NCBI RefSeq assembly: GCF_001194135.2
Contig: NC_069007.1
Span: forward strand, 21,079,249-21,143,248
Direction: 5' to 3'
Origin: Octopus bimaculoides
Lineage: Eukaryota
Length of the DNA: 64,000 nucleotides
In this document: piece after piece, positions 24,127-35,874 of the stretch
How positions within the stretch are numbered: position 1 is the stretch's first letter
How the letters are laid out: each line of letters starts with the position of its first letter
Position numbers and translations under genes: made by a program
The notes under the pieces: generated by a model
What the model was told of the DNA's origin: nothing
Database searches by the model: none
What the model saw: only the letters and a program-made list of their open reading frames with translations

Positions 24127-24469
24127 TCACTGTGATTTGTGGTAAATCATTCTCACAAAATCCTTGCTTACTTAAACACAAATGCATTCCTTATGAAGTG
24201 GATCCATAACACTGATATTTGTTTATAACATCTCAAAAGGACAAGCTCGTATCTCATAAACACATCCACAGAAGATAGAAACTATATGAATGTAATATCT
24301 ATAGTAAATCTTTCATTTGAAATGATCCATTAATTAATCAAAAGAGCATTGACAGAGGAGGGAAATCATATCACTGTGATATTAATGTGAAAGATGTAAT
24401 ATTTCCCTCTTCTGTCAATGTTCTTGATATTTGTGTTGAACCAATCTATGAAAATGAAATTTTAATATT

Positions 24470-24610
24470 TTCTCTACATCTAAAAGTTTGTAATTCCTAT
24501 TAGGAAATGAAACACATGTAATGCTGAATAAATAATATCAAACTTTTTTTCCAGTTTCCTTATTTGTTATGTAATTACTCTGTAAAAAATATTATCCAAA
24601 CCTCACACAA
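24470..24610 (+). terminator. Shared 3'-end block with AATAAA
   Basis: gaaatgaaacacatgtaatgctgAATAAAtaatatc; recurs at ~32200, 37500, 43800, 52800(-), 58310 and 63710(-). Confidence 0.5.
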
Positions 24611-24629
24611 AACTAATATACATCTATAT

Positions 24630-24955
24630 GTAATAAACAGTTTGTTTGTTCAGCTGTTATGCTTTTGTTAGTTAGAGAAGTGGAGTAATAGAGGAAAGGA
24701 GGGAAGAATGAAGAAAAGTGAGTGAGAAGTAGAGAAAGGTGATCTTATAATAATTCTGCTTGTCATTACGTTACTTAGCCTGTCTGTAACAATTTCATTT
24801 GATTAGAGGAAAAGAGAGAGAGAGAGAAGAGCATAAGGCGAAGATTGAGGCAGAAAGAGAAGTGTGCATGACATGTATTAGGAGGAATGTAATGTTTATT
24901 ACATGGTTTAAAAAGTTAATTAAAACTAGTGGTATAGAAGAGAGTTAGGAACATG
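24630..24955 (+). repeat. Unclassified interspersed repeat
   Basis: A diverged reverse complement lies at 50365-50670. Confidence 0.55.
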
Positions 24956-25007
24956 ATTATAGCAGATGGGTGATTTATTTGGGTTCCACAAGTAATTAAT
25001 GATAAGC

Positions 25008-25133
25008 TAAGGTGGCGAACTGGCAGGATCGTTAGCACATCAGGCAAAATTCTTGGCTGTGGTTCTCCTGACATGACATTTGCATTTAAATTTCACCAAG
25101 GTAGACTTTGTCTTTCATCCAATGGGAGGTGGG
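25008..25133 (+). mobile_element. Decayed tRNA-derived SINE head
   Basis: aaggtggcgaactggcaggatcgttagcac..; diverged relative of the 20782 element. Confidence 0.6.
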
Positions 25134-26164
25134 NNNNNNNNNNNNNNNNNNNNNNNNNNNNNNNNNNNNNNNNNNNNNNNNNNNNNNNNNNNNNNNNNNN
25201 NNNNNNNNNNNNNNNNNNNNNNNNNNNNNNNNNNNNNNNNNNNNNNNNNNNNNNNNNNNNNNNNNNNNNNNNNNNNNNNNNNNNNNNNNNNNNNNNNNNN
25301 NNNNNNNNNNNNNNNNNNNNNNNNNNNNNNNNNNNNNNNNNNNNNNNNNNNNNNNNNNNNNNNNNNNNNNNNNNNNNNNNNNNNNNNNNNNNNNNNNNNN
25401 NNNNNNNNNNNNNNNNNNNNNNNNNNNNNNNNNNNNNNNNNNNNNNNNNNNNNNNNNNNNNNNNNNNNNNNNNNNNNNNNNNNNNNNNNNNNNNNNNNNN
25501 NNNNNNNNNNNNNNNNNNNNNNNNNNNNNNNNNNNNNNNNNNNNNNNNNNNNNNNNNNNNNNNNNNNNNNNNNNNNNNNNNNNNNNNNNNNNNNNNNNNN
25601 NNNNNNNNNNNNNNNNNNNNNNNNNNNNNNNNNNNNNNNNNNNNNNNNNNNNNNNNNNNNNNNNNNNNNNNNNNNNNNNNNNNNNNNNNNNNNNNNNNNN
25701 NNNNNNNNNNNNNNNNNNNNNNNNNNNNNNNNNNNNNNNNNNNNNNNNNNNNNNNNNNNNNNNNNNNNNNNNNNNNNNNNNNNNNNNNNNNNNNNNNNNN
25801 NNNNNNNNNNNNNNNNNNNNNNNNNNNNNNNNNNNNNNNNNNNNNNNNNNNNNNNNNNNNNNNNNNNNNNNNNNNNNNNNNNNNNNNNNNNNNNNNNNNN
25901 NNNNNNNNNNNNNNNNNNNNNNNNNNNNNNNNNNNNNNNNNNNNNNNNNNNNNNNNNNNNNNNNNNNNNNNNNNNNNNNNNNNNNNNNNNNNAATGCAAC
26001 ATTGTTTTTGTTATATATATATATATGTGTGTATATATATATATACCACACACACAATAACAAGCAACCATTAGCGAACCTCTTCCACACGTCAAACAGA
26101 ACAAGCACGCAATTGACAAGACAACACGTGCTCACGGAAACTAACGGAGAGTTGTTTTTATTTG

Positions 26165-26354
26165 TCGACTCAAAACGAATGATCACCCTTTTTTTTTTAA
26201 TGTTGACCTGAAAAATATGAATTGACAATTGTTGTAAAGAGGAAGAAAACCTCTTGAAGCTGTCATTGTCCACTCTGGCTTTCGTTCTCACTACTTCAAC
26301 ATATTCTCACATCTTCGTTCACTCTCTCTCTTCGCATATGCATTACTATGTAAG

Positions 26355-26393
<39 letters not shown>

Positions 26394-26830
26394 CATTTCT
26401 ATTGTATATGTGTTATATTATGTACATCTGTTTGTTTCAATGTGTTGAATAAGTTAAAAGAAAGAATCTCCCCAAACAAACACGAAATTATATGAAAGCA
26501 AGGCTGTTATTTTAATACTTTCATTATGTTGTTTTCTTTTAGATATTTCATCGCACGTGTGATTATTTTCTATATTTGTTAACGTCAGATCATTATCTTG
26601 TTTAGATAACATTTTTTTCTATGTTTCTGACATGTAAATTTGACGAATTAAATGCGAGAACATTCCGATGTAATTTGTAACGGAAAAATGGGGAATGTGT
26701 AAAAGTACGAGTGTGCACTTGAAATACTGAAACGAAAGGGCACCATCGTCTACAGAAGAAATGAAACGGCTTTGTATTGAAACACTACAAAGTACCTAAT
26801 TTGACCAACAATAAAAAATCCGTTTATATA
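26165..26830 (+). promoter_or_regulatory. Upstream cassette module of the 27639 gene
   Basis: GTAAGTA donor at 26350. Confidence 0.6.
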
Positions 26831-27382
26831 ATCTTTTAATTAAAAACTAGTCGTCAAAACATAAGAAAATAGCGGAGTTATGATGTAAGCACATGCACCC
26901 CGCCCAACTTTTTTTTTCTAATTTTTACAAATTTTTTCGATTCTGTCTTCTGCGTAATGGAATTAATACGATTATGGGCGATCTTGCCCGATTGTGCAAA
27001 AGAAAGAACAAAAGAAATATTTTAAATCAACTCCCCCGTCCTAATTCCAAAACTTTCCACTGTTTTTCTATTTTTTTAAATTTTATTTTATAATCCGTGT
27101 TACGATAGGAGACTCGGCTGAAATCATCAGATATCTAGTGTCATTGACATGTAGATTCGTGTGTGTATCTATAACAGACTTAATGTCCTGGAGGTGTTAT
27201 TATAATGGGTGTGTCTACTCTATGATATAAACTTCTTGAAAATAGAGAGATTGGATAAATTTAATAGTTCAGATAAAGGATTACTTCTACAATTTATGAA
27301 AACAGAAATGTAAATTTGAACTTCTGAATATCTATCTTTTAAACATATTTTATGCCTTATATTATTTTTTATATTCTTTCAG

Positions 27383-27515
27383 ATAATTACATGAAATCGG
27401 CCAAAAAGAATGTTTTACTTTTAAAGAATCACCAATATGTATCATGTTTGAAAGACCCTGGAGAGATATTCTACAAACGTATAACCCTGCTTCTATAAAA
27501 CGTTGCTGAATTACT
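27383..27515 (+). promoter_or_regulatory. Conserved leader block
   Basis: Acceptor 27381-2; uORF MFERPWRDILQTYNPASIKRC*; GT at 27516. Confidence 0.6.
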
Positions 27516-27638
27516 GTGGAATATTTCATCTGAGAGAAGAACCATTTCTTTACCTCTGTGTCTTAGATAATTTTCTCGTCTAAATATACTATATTGACGT
27601 GTAAAACTTGAAGGATTGATTTTATTTTTCTTGGAGAG

Positions 27639-28430
27639 ATGTCAGAAGAACTAGGAAAATCCTCATATGACTGTGACATCTGCAAAGACTCATTCTTAGA
27701 AGAAAGTAAATTCAATCAACACAAACAAATTCATACAGGGGAGAAACCATATCACTGTGATATCTGTGGTAAATCATTCAGTCGAAAAGGTAGCTTAGCT
27801 ACTCACAAACAGCTTCATACAGGGAAGAAACCATATAGCTGTGATATCTGTGGTAAATCATTCTCTAATGACGGTCACTTAACTCAACACAAACGTATTC
27901 ATACAGGAGAAAGACCTTATCCCTGTGATATCTGTGGTAAATCATTCTCTGATGGCAGTAACTTCATTCGACACAAACGTATTCATACGGGGGAGAAACC
28001 TTATAACTGTAGTATCTGTGGTAATTCATTCTCTAGTGACAGTCATTTAACTCGACACATACGTATTCATACAGGAGAGAAACCTTATCCCTGCGATATC
28101 TGTGGTGAATCATTCTCTGTTGGCAGTAGCTTAAATCGACACAAACGTATCCATACAGGGGAGAAACCATATCACTGTGATTTATGTGGTAAATCTTTCT
28201 CTGAAAATGGTAGCTTAACTCAACACAAACGTATTCATACGGGGGAGAAACCATATCACTGTAGTATCTGTGGTGAGTCATTCTATCACAGAGGTAATTT
28301 TACTACTCACTCAAGGATTCACACAGGGGAGAAGCCATATCACTGTGACATCTGTGATAAATCATTTTCTGTTAGTAGTTGCCTAACTAGACACAAGCGT
28401 ATTCATGCAGTGGAGAAACCCTCCCTGTGA
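27639..28430 (+). CDS. C2H2 zinc-finger protein, 263 aa, 9 fingers (A-type)
   Basis: Ends HRGNFTT / VSSCLTR / HAVEKPSL*, as does the 48380 gene. Confidence 0.95.
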   Translation: MSEELGKSSYDCDICKDSFLEESKFNQHKQIHTGEKPYHCDICGKSFSRKGSLATHKQLHTGKKPYSCDICGKSFSNDGHLTQHKRIHTGERPYPCDICGKSFSDGSNFIRHKRIHTGEKPYNCSICGNSFSSDSHLTRHIRIHTGEKPYPCDICGESFSVGSSLNRHKRIHTGEKPYHCDLCGKSFSENGSLTQHKRIHTGEKPYHCSICGESFYHRGNFTTHSRIHTGEKPYHCDICDKSFSVSSCLTRHKRIHAVEKPSL

Positions 28431-28467
28431 TATCAGTGGCAACTCATTCTATCAAAGAAACTACAGC

Positions 28468-28744
28468 CTAGAAGATGAGCCTTGTCTTGGAAGATCTGTA
28501 GAGCTCAACGAAAATCTCATACAAATCCTGGTGGAACAAAATCCCATCATAACTGTTGAGGAACTAGGAGAGAAGCTTTAATTTGGTCATTCAACCATTC
28601 ATGGGACACCTGTGCTACACGGAAAACAACCATCTTTGGTTTCAAGACAAAAGGTGTCCTTTCATAAGACTAATTCTCAAGTACACAGCAAGGACGACAT
28701 TCCAAAAGCTGGAGCAGTTTGAATGGGAAACGATGCCCCACCCA
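28468..28744 (+). mobile_element. mariner transposase remnant, internally deleted
   Basis: LEDEPCLGRSVELNE..LVEQNPIITVEELGEKL*FGHSTIH (HTH) joined to ..TARTTFQKLEQFEWETMPHP (just before YSPDL). Confidence 0.8.
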
Positions 28745-28809
28745 ATAATAGTGATTTATGAGGAAGAATTATCGAAGAAACGTTTTTCAAAAAATATCAA
28801 AAATATAAA

Positions 28810-29580
28810 ATACAGCCGTAATTCTTTAAAGACTAGAGTTAGTTCCCTTCACTCATAATTAAATCTTCCTAATTTTGGTTATTTCTTACGCATCTTTATT
28901 GCTTGATCAGTTCCACTTTACAACTGGTATTTAAGAGAAAACCCTATCAAAAATATATACACGATTGGTAATTAAATGTCTAAAGAAACAGATACAGCAT
29001 TTTTTTTTATTACGTTGACCTGAAAAATATGAATTAACGTTTCTTGTGAAAAGGAAGAAATTCTCTTGAAGTTGTCATTGTCCACTCTGAAGATGCTGAA
29101 GTAGTTCTCACTACTTCAACATATGATCACATCTTCCTCGCTGACTCTCTCTCTTTCTCTCTTCGCATATATATTACTATGTAAGTATTATATTTATAGA
29201 AACATTTCTATTGTATATATGTCATATTTCGTACATTTGCTTATTTCGATGTCAATAATCTCACTAAACAAAGACGAAATTATATGAAACTAAGGCTGTT
29301 CTTTTAATACTTTCATTGTGACCTTGTTTAGATAACATTTCTCTTTCTTTCTGACATGTAAATTTCACAATTAAGTTAATTGCAGGAAAATTACGATGTA
29401 ATTTTTGTAAAAAAAAAAAAAAAATGGGGAATGTGTAAAAGTATGCGTGTGCACTTGAAATACTGAAACGAAAAGACAATATCGTACACAGACGAAATGA
29501 ATGGGCTTTGAATTGAAACACTTGAAAGTACCTAATTTAACCAAAAATAAATATAAAAATCCGTTTATTTAATCTTTTAC
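28810..29580 (+). promoter_or_regulatory. Upstream cassette module of the 30597 gene
   Basis: GTAAGTA donor at 29181. Confidence 0.6.
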
Positions 29581-30186
29581 TCGAAAATTCGTAAATATAT
29601 ATTTTAAAAAATATCGACACGACATATAAAACGATGGCTGAGCGTCATTGATTAAAAACCATCCTCGTTTTTCGTTCAAATGGGTATCGATGTTTATCAA
29701 TATTACCCACCATGAGCGCATTAACACTGTTTCTTTGTAGCAACCCACGATGTTTTTAAATAAATCCGGTTATTACGCATGCGTAGGTCTTTTCTATCTG
29801 TGCATTAAATAGGCTTTGAAGCAGCCTCTCTACATGCTAGAAATAACAGCAATGATGGTGCTAGTCAGTCATCAAATGTTCGTTTCTTTTCTGACTATTC
29901 CTCGTGCTTCATGCTCCACAAAATATTGACATTAAGCTGCCCATATCCAAACCTGTGTTGATACGATAGAAGACTGAGATGAAAACATCAGATATCTAGT
30001 GTCACTGACATGTATTTTGGTGTGTGTGTGTGTGTCTAGGAGTTGTTATAATAATACATGTGTTCACTCTATGATATAAACTTCTTTAAAATGGTGAGAT
30101 TGGATAAGTTTAATGCTTCTACAATTTAGCAAAATAGAAGTGTCATAAATTTGCACTTGTCTTATCTTATTTTTCTATTCTTTCAG

Positions 30187-30319
30187 AAAATCACATAAAA
30201 TTGGCAAAAAAGTATTTTTTACTTTTAAAGAATCACCAATATGTATCATGTTTGAAAGACCCTGGAGAGATATTCTACAAACGTATAACCCTGCTTCTAT
30301 GAAACATGGCTGAATTATA
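30187..30319 (+). promoter_or_regulatory. Conserved leader block
   Basis: Acceptor 30185-6; uORF present; GT at 30320. Confidence 0.6.
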
Positions 30320-30596
30320 GTAAAATATTTCCACTGAGACAAAAAAACATTTCTTTACATCACTTTATGAAATGTGGAAGAGATAATTTTCTCTTTTTAA
30401 ATATACCTTGATGACTTTACAAAACTATTTGGAGCATTTCTAAATTTTTGACAATTAGCACATTTATAAATATAAAAGTTTGGTATGAAAATGAAAAAAA
30501 AGAAAAGTATCCATAAATTTTGGTAAAAGAAGAAATATTTTTGAAAGGCTCCTGATTGGTAAAAAATGAAGGATTGATTTTATTTTTCCAGAAAAG

Positions 30597-31550
30597 ATGT
30601 CGAAAGAAGCTGCAAAATCATCATATCACTGTGATATCTGTGGCAAATCATTCTCTAGTAACGCTAGATTAACTAGACACAAATGTATTCATACAGGAGA
30701 GAGACCATATCAATGTGATATCTGTGGTAAATCATTCATTGAGGGCAGTAACTTAACTAGACACAAACGTATTCATACAGGTGAGGAACCATATCACTGT
30801 GATATGTGTGGTAAATCATTCTCTGCTCGCAGTAACTTAACTACACACAAGCGTGTTCATACGGGGGAGAAACCATATCATTGTAATATCTGTGGTAAAT
30901 CTTTCTCTGTTGGCAGTAGCTTAAATACACACAGGCGTATTCATACAGGGGAGAAACCATGTACCTGCAATATCTGCGGGAAATCTTTTTCTGATGGCAG
31001 TAGCTTATATAAACACAGATGCATTCATACTGGGGAGAAACCATTTCACTGTGATATCTGTGGTAAATCATTCTCTGCAGGCAGTAGATTAACTACACAC
31101 AAACTAACTCATACAGGGGAGAAACCAAATCACTGTGATATCTGTGGTAAATCATTCTCTACTGGTAGTAACTTAACTACACACAGACGTATTCATACAG
31201 GGAAGAAACCATATCACTGTGATATCTGTGGCAAATCATTTAGTCACACAGGTAACTTAGGTACACACAAACGTATTCATACAGGTGAGCAGCCATATCA
31301 CTGTGATATCTGTGGTAAATCATTCAGTCAGATAGGCAACTTAACTAGACACAAACGTACTCATACAGGTGAGCAGCCATATCACTGTGATATCTGTGGT
31401 AAATCATTCTCTGAAAAGCGTATTGTAACTATACACAAACGTATTCATACTGGAGTAAAACCATATCATTGTGATATCTGCAGTAAATTATTCTCACAAA
31501 AACATCACTTAATTAAACACAAGTGCATTCGTTATGCAAAGGATCCATAA
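30597..31550 (+). CDS. C2H2 zinc-finger protein, 317 aa, 10 intact + 1 terminal degenerate finger (B-type)
   Basis: [12 protein letters not shown]...[17 protein letters not shown]. Confidence 0.95.
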   Translation: MSKEAAKSSYHCDICGKSFSSNARLTRHKCIHTGERPYQCDICGKSFIEGSNLTRHKRIHTGEEPYHCDMCGKSFSARSNLTTHKRVHTGEKPYHCNICGKSFSVGSSLNTHRRIHTGEKPCTCNICGKSFSDGSSLYKHRCIHTGEKPFHCDICGKSFSAGSRLTTHKLTHTGEKPNHCDICGKSFSTGSNLTTHRRIHTGKKPYHCDICGKSFSHTGNLGTHKRIHTGEQPYHCDICGKSFSQIGNLTRHKRTHTGEQPYHCDICGKSFSEKRIVTIHKRIHTGVKPYHCDICSKLFSQKHHLIKHKCIRYAKDP

Positions 31551-31867
31551 CATAGTGACATTTGTTGTATAACATTCCTTCAGGAAAACCTCTACACATG
31601 ATTGAAACTATATGAATGTGATATCTATAGGAAATCTTTCATCTCAGATCATCCATTAACTAATCAAAAGAGCATTGTCTGAGGAAGGAAAACACATGAA
31701 TGATATTAAACCTTAATCATTCTTTCAAAATGGTGAATTAATTCTACAGTCATATTAATATGAATGATATAACTATGCCTCAAGATATTTGTGCTGAATC
31801 AATCTATGAAAATGATAAATTATTAAAACAGAAATGCATTGATACAGAAGAGGAACCATATCACTAC

Positions 31868-32105
31868 GATAATGATGATGATCCTCATCATTTAAAATTC
31901 ACTTTTCCATTCTTCTGTGGATCAGATGGAATTCATTGATGGGGATTTTCTTCAGTCGGATGCCTTTCCTGTCACCCATCCTCAACTGTTTCCAAGGAAG
32001 GAAATATTTTCCATGGTGAGACATATTTTACACAGAAGACTGGAAATGAAGAATCGCATCTGTATGACGGTCATTATGGCCATTTACAAGCATCACGTGA
32101 TATCT
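31868..32105 (-). mobile_element. RTE-related SINE/LINE 3' end, antisense in the ZNF 3' region
   Basis: Minus strand ..gacaggaaaggcatccgactg..atggaaaagtg..ttaaatgatgaggatcatc; shared with four paralogs. Confidence 0.65.
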
Positions 32106-32345
32106 GGACAAAAGTACACATACATATGTATGTCTGGAGAATTTCTTAAAGGAAATATTTTACATTTCTTATCTACATTTAAATGTTTGTAATTTCTATT
32201 AGGAAATGACACGCATGGAATTCTGAATAAATAATATCAAACTTTTCTCACTTTCCTTATGTAATTATTCTGCAAAAAATATTATTCAAACCTCCCACAG
32301 AAATATTACACACATACACACAGACAGAGGTATATATATTAACAG

Positions 32346-33025
32346 GTTCCTACTTGCAACATTGGCAAAAATTCAGAGAAAGCTGAAGTTCTTAGACAGT
32401 GCCGTTTCATTGTATGGGACGAATGCACAATGACCAATAAGGGTGCCCTTGAGGCACTGAACCGGTCACTGAAAGGTATCAGGGATTCTACAGCTTCTAT
32501 GGGTGGTGTAACTCTATTGCTTTCAGGAGATTTCTGGCAAATCCTTCCTGTCACCCCTAAAGGGAGCCGGGCTGATGATGTACACACATGCCTTAAGTCA
32601 TCCACGTTGTGGCCCCAAGTTAAGACCTTAAGCCTAAGCAGAAACATGCATGTGCACTTGCTTGGTGATAGCACGTCTGCAGTTTTAGCTGAAGACGTTT
32701 TAGTCTTTGGAGAAGGCAAGGTCCCTAGGAATGATAGGGGCGACATATCCGTCTCTGAACTGTGCAACACAGTGGACAACCCTTCTGATCTTTTGGAAAC
32801 AGTGTTCCCCATTCTGGAAAGTAACTATGGAGACATCAATTGGCTCAGTGAAAGAACCATCCTGGCCCCCAAAAACGTAGCTGTCAGTGCTATCAACAAC
32901 CAGCTCATAAGATGAATTCTGGGTGAGGAGCGCATCTACAAATCAATTGACCGGACCTCTGATCCCCAAGACATTGTCAATTACCCTATCGACTTTTTAA
33001 ACTCATTGGAACCGTCTGGGGTGTT
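32346..33025 (+). mobile_element. Helitron PIF1-like helicase remnant
   Basis: IVWDECTM (motif II), LLSGDFWQILPV (motif III), LSRNMHV, ILAPKN..V..IN (motif IV), stop, then YKSID..NYPIDFLNSLEPSG. Confidence 0.9.
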
Positions 33026-34099
33026 CCATTCAATCAGGATAAAAAAACTGATAAACCAATTCATTATACGATTTCCCACTAGAATTGGCTACACCCCATT
33101 TTCATGCAAACCTTTTATCAATTTTGACATATTTTGCTCNNNNNNNNNNNNNNNNNNNNNNNNNNNNNNNNNNNNNNNNNNNNNNNNNNNNNNNNNNNNN
33201 NNNNNNNNNNNNNNNNNNNNNNNNNNNNNNNNNNNNNNNNNNNNNNNNNNNNNNNNNNNNNNNNNNNNNNNNNNNNNNNNNNNNNNNNNNNNNNNNNNNN
33301 NNNNNNNNNNNNNNNNNNNNNNNNNNNNNNNNNNNNNNNNNNNNNNNNNNNNNNNNNNNNNNNNNNNNNNNNNNNNNNNNNNNNNNNNNNNNNNNNNNNN
33401 NNNNNNNNNNNNNNNNNNNNNNNNNNNNNNNNNNNNNNNNNNNNNNNNNNNNNNNNNNNNNNNNNNNNNNNNNNNNNNNNNNNNNNNNNNNNNNNNNNNN
33501 NNNNNNNNNNNNNNNNNNNNNNNNNNNNNNNNNNNNNNNNNNNNNNNNNNNNNNNNNNNNNNNNNNNNNNNNNNNNNNNNNNNNNNNNNNNNNNNNNNNN
33601 NNNNNNNNNNNNNNNNNNNNNNNNNNNNNNNNNNNNNNNNNNNNNNNNNNNNNNNNNNNNNNNNNNNNNNNNNNNNNNNNNNNNNNNNNNNNNNNNNNNN
33701 NNNNNNNNNNNNNNNNNNNNNNNNNNNNNNNNNNNNNNNNNNNNNNNNNNNNNNNNNNNNNNNNNNNNNNNNNNNNNNNNNNNNNNNNNNNNNNNTTTCA
33801 TTGTTTTTTTCTTCTTGTTTTTGCCTTTGTGAGTTACAAGTGATGCTATCTGTGGGATTCTCAGCTTTTTTAGCTGCAATTTCTGAACTTCGATATATGG
33901 TGAAGCAAATATTTGCTGATCCCTTAATTATATTTATAAATATATATGAGCTTTTAAATAAGTTCTCCACCAATAATGGTGCTTTCATACCGATGGGCTT
34001 GGTAAAAATTGTTAATTGTTAATTGATTTATTAATTAATAAATTGATAATCTTTTACCCTTTTAATTTGTACATATATATATATATATATATATAAAGT

Positions 34100-34900
34100 A
34101 CAGCCGCAATTATTTAAAGACTAGAGTTAGTTGCCCTTGTTTATAGTTGACTCTTCTTACATTTTATTTCTTGCTCTTGTCTCTTACGCATCTTAATTGC
34201 TTGATCAGTTCCACTTGGCAACTGATATTGAAGAGAAAACCCAATCAAAAATATATACACGATTGGTAATTAACTGTCTACAGAAACAGTTACAGCATTT
34301 ATTACAATATGGACTTGAAAAACATAAAGTAACGTTTATAGCCAAAAGGAAGAATTCTCTTGAAGCTGTCAGTGTCCACTCTGACTCCTTGACTCTCTCT
34401 CTCTATATATTATTATGTAAGTATTAAATAAGCATTTTTATTGTATAAGTGTCGTATTATGTACTTCTGTTTGTTTCCATGTGTTGAATAAGTTAAAAGA
34501 AAGAATCTCACGAAACAAACACGAAATTATATGAAAGTAAGGCTGTTCTTTTAATACTTTCATTGTGATATTTTCTTTTCGATATTTCATCGCACTTGTG
34601 GTTATTTACTATGTTTGTTAATGTTAGATTAATACCTTGTTTAAATAACATTTCTCTTTCTTTTTGACATGTAAATTTGACAATTTAGTTAAATGCGGAA
34701 AAATTACGATGTAATTTGTCAGAAACAATGGGGAATGTGTAAAAGTACGAGTGTGCACTTGAAATACTGAAACGAAAAGGCACTATCCGTATACAGACGA
34801 AATGAATCGGCTTTGAATCGAAACGCTAGAAAGTACCTAATTTGACCAAAATTAAATATAATAATCCGTTTATATAATCTTTTATTCGAAAATTACGAGG
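34100..34900 (+). promoter_or_regulatory. Upstream cassette module of the 35875 gene
   Basis: GTAAGTA donor at 34417. Confidence 0.6.
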
Positions 34901-35371
34901 TGAAGATATAAAAAGAATATCGACACGACATATAAAATGATGGCTGATTGCTATTGTTTAAAAACTATCGCGTTGTGAAATTTAGTTTACTCGAATCAGT
35001 CACTAAGAACTCAGTTTTCGTGCTTGAAGGATCATTAACATTTTTATGTCCATTAAAGTATATGGGGCGATCTTTCGTTTTGATTTGGTTGGGGACGAGG
35101 AAAACGTGTGTGATTTAAGGGAGATTTAGCTATTGTTTCTAGCACGCGCAAGACCACAGTCGTTTTTCTCTCAAATATGTATTGATGTGCTTACATTGTA
35201 ACTGCCAAAATCTCCCCACAAATCTCTTTATAATCGTTTGTAAGGTATTACTAGAAAAGATATTCGTTTTCCTGAAGTTTACGAGGGGAAAAACGGATCG
35301 TAAATTTGCACTTTTGAATATCTACCTTTTAAACATATTTTATGCCTTATATTATTTTTCTATTCTTTCAG

Positions 35372-35505
35372 ATAATCACATGAAATTGGCAAAAGAGTAT
35401 TTTTTTACTTTTAAAGAATCACCAATATGTATCATGTTCGAAAGACTCTGCAAAGATATTCTACAAACGTATAACCCTGCTTCTATAAAACGTTGCTGAA
35501 TTACT
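35372..35505 (+). promoter_or_regulatory. Conserved leader block
   Basis: Acceptor 35370-1; uORF present; GT at 35506. Confidence 0.6.
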
Positions 35506-35874
35506 GTGAAATATTTCCTCTGAGAGAGAAAGCATTTCTTTCCTTTAGTGTCTGAAATGTGCAAGAGACAATTTTCTCTTCTAAATATTGACAAACATCA
35601 CATTTAGAAGAAATATAAGAGAAGTGATATATGTTTGGAATAATCTGTAAAAGAAGAAAAATAGCCATATATTTTGCTGAGAGNNNNNNNNNNNNNNNNN
35701 NNNNNNNNNNNNNNNNNNNNNNNNNNNNNNNNNNNNNNNNNNNNNNNNNNNNNNNNNNNNNNNNNNNNNNNNNNNNNNNNNNNNNNNNNNNNNNNNNNNN
35801 NNNNNNNNNNNNNNNNNNNNNNNNNNNNNNNGATGTGTACAACTTGAAGGATTGATTTTATTTTTCTTGAAAAG

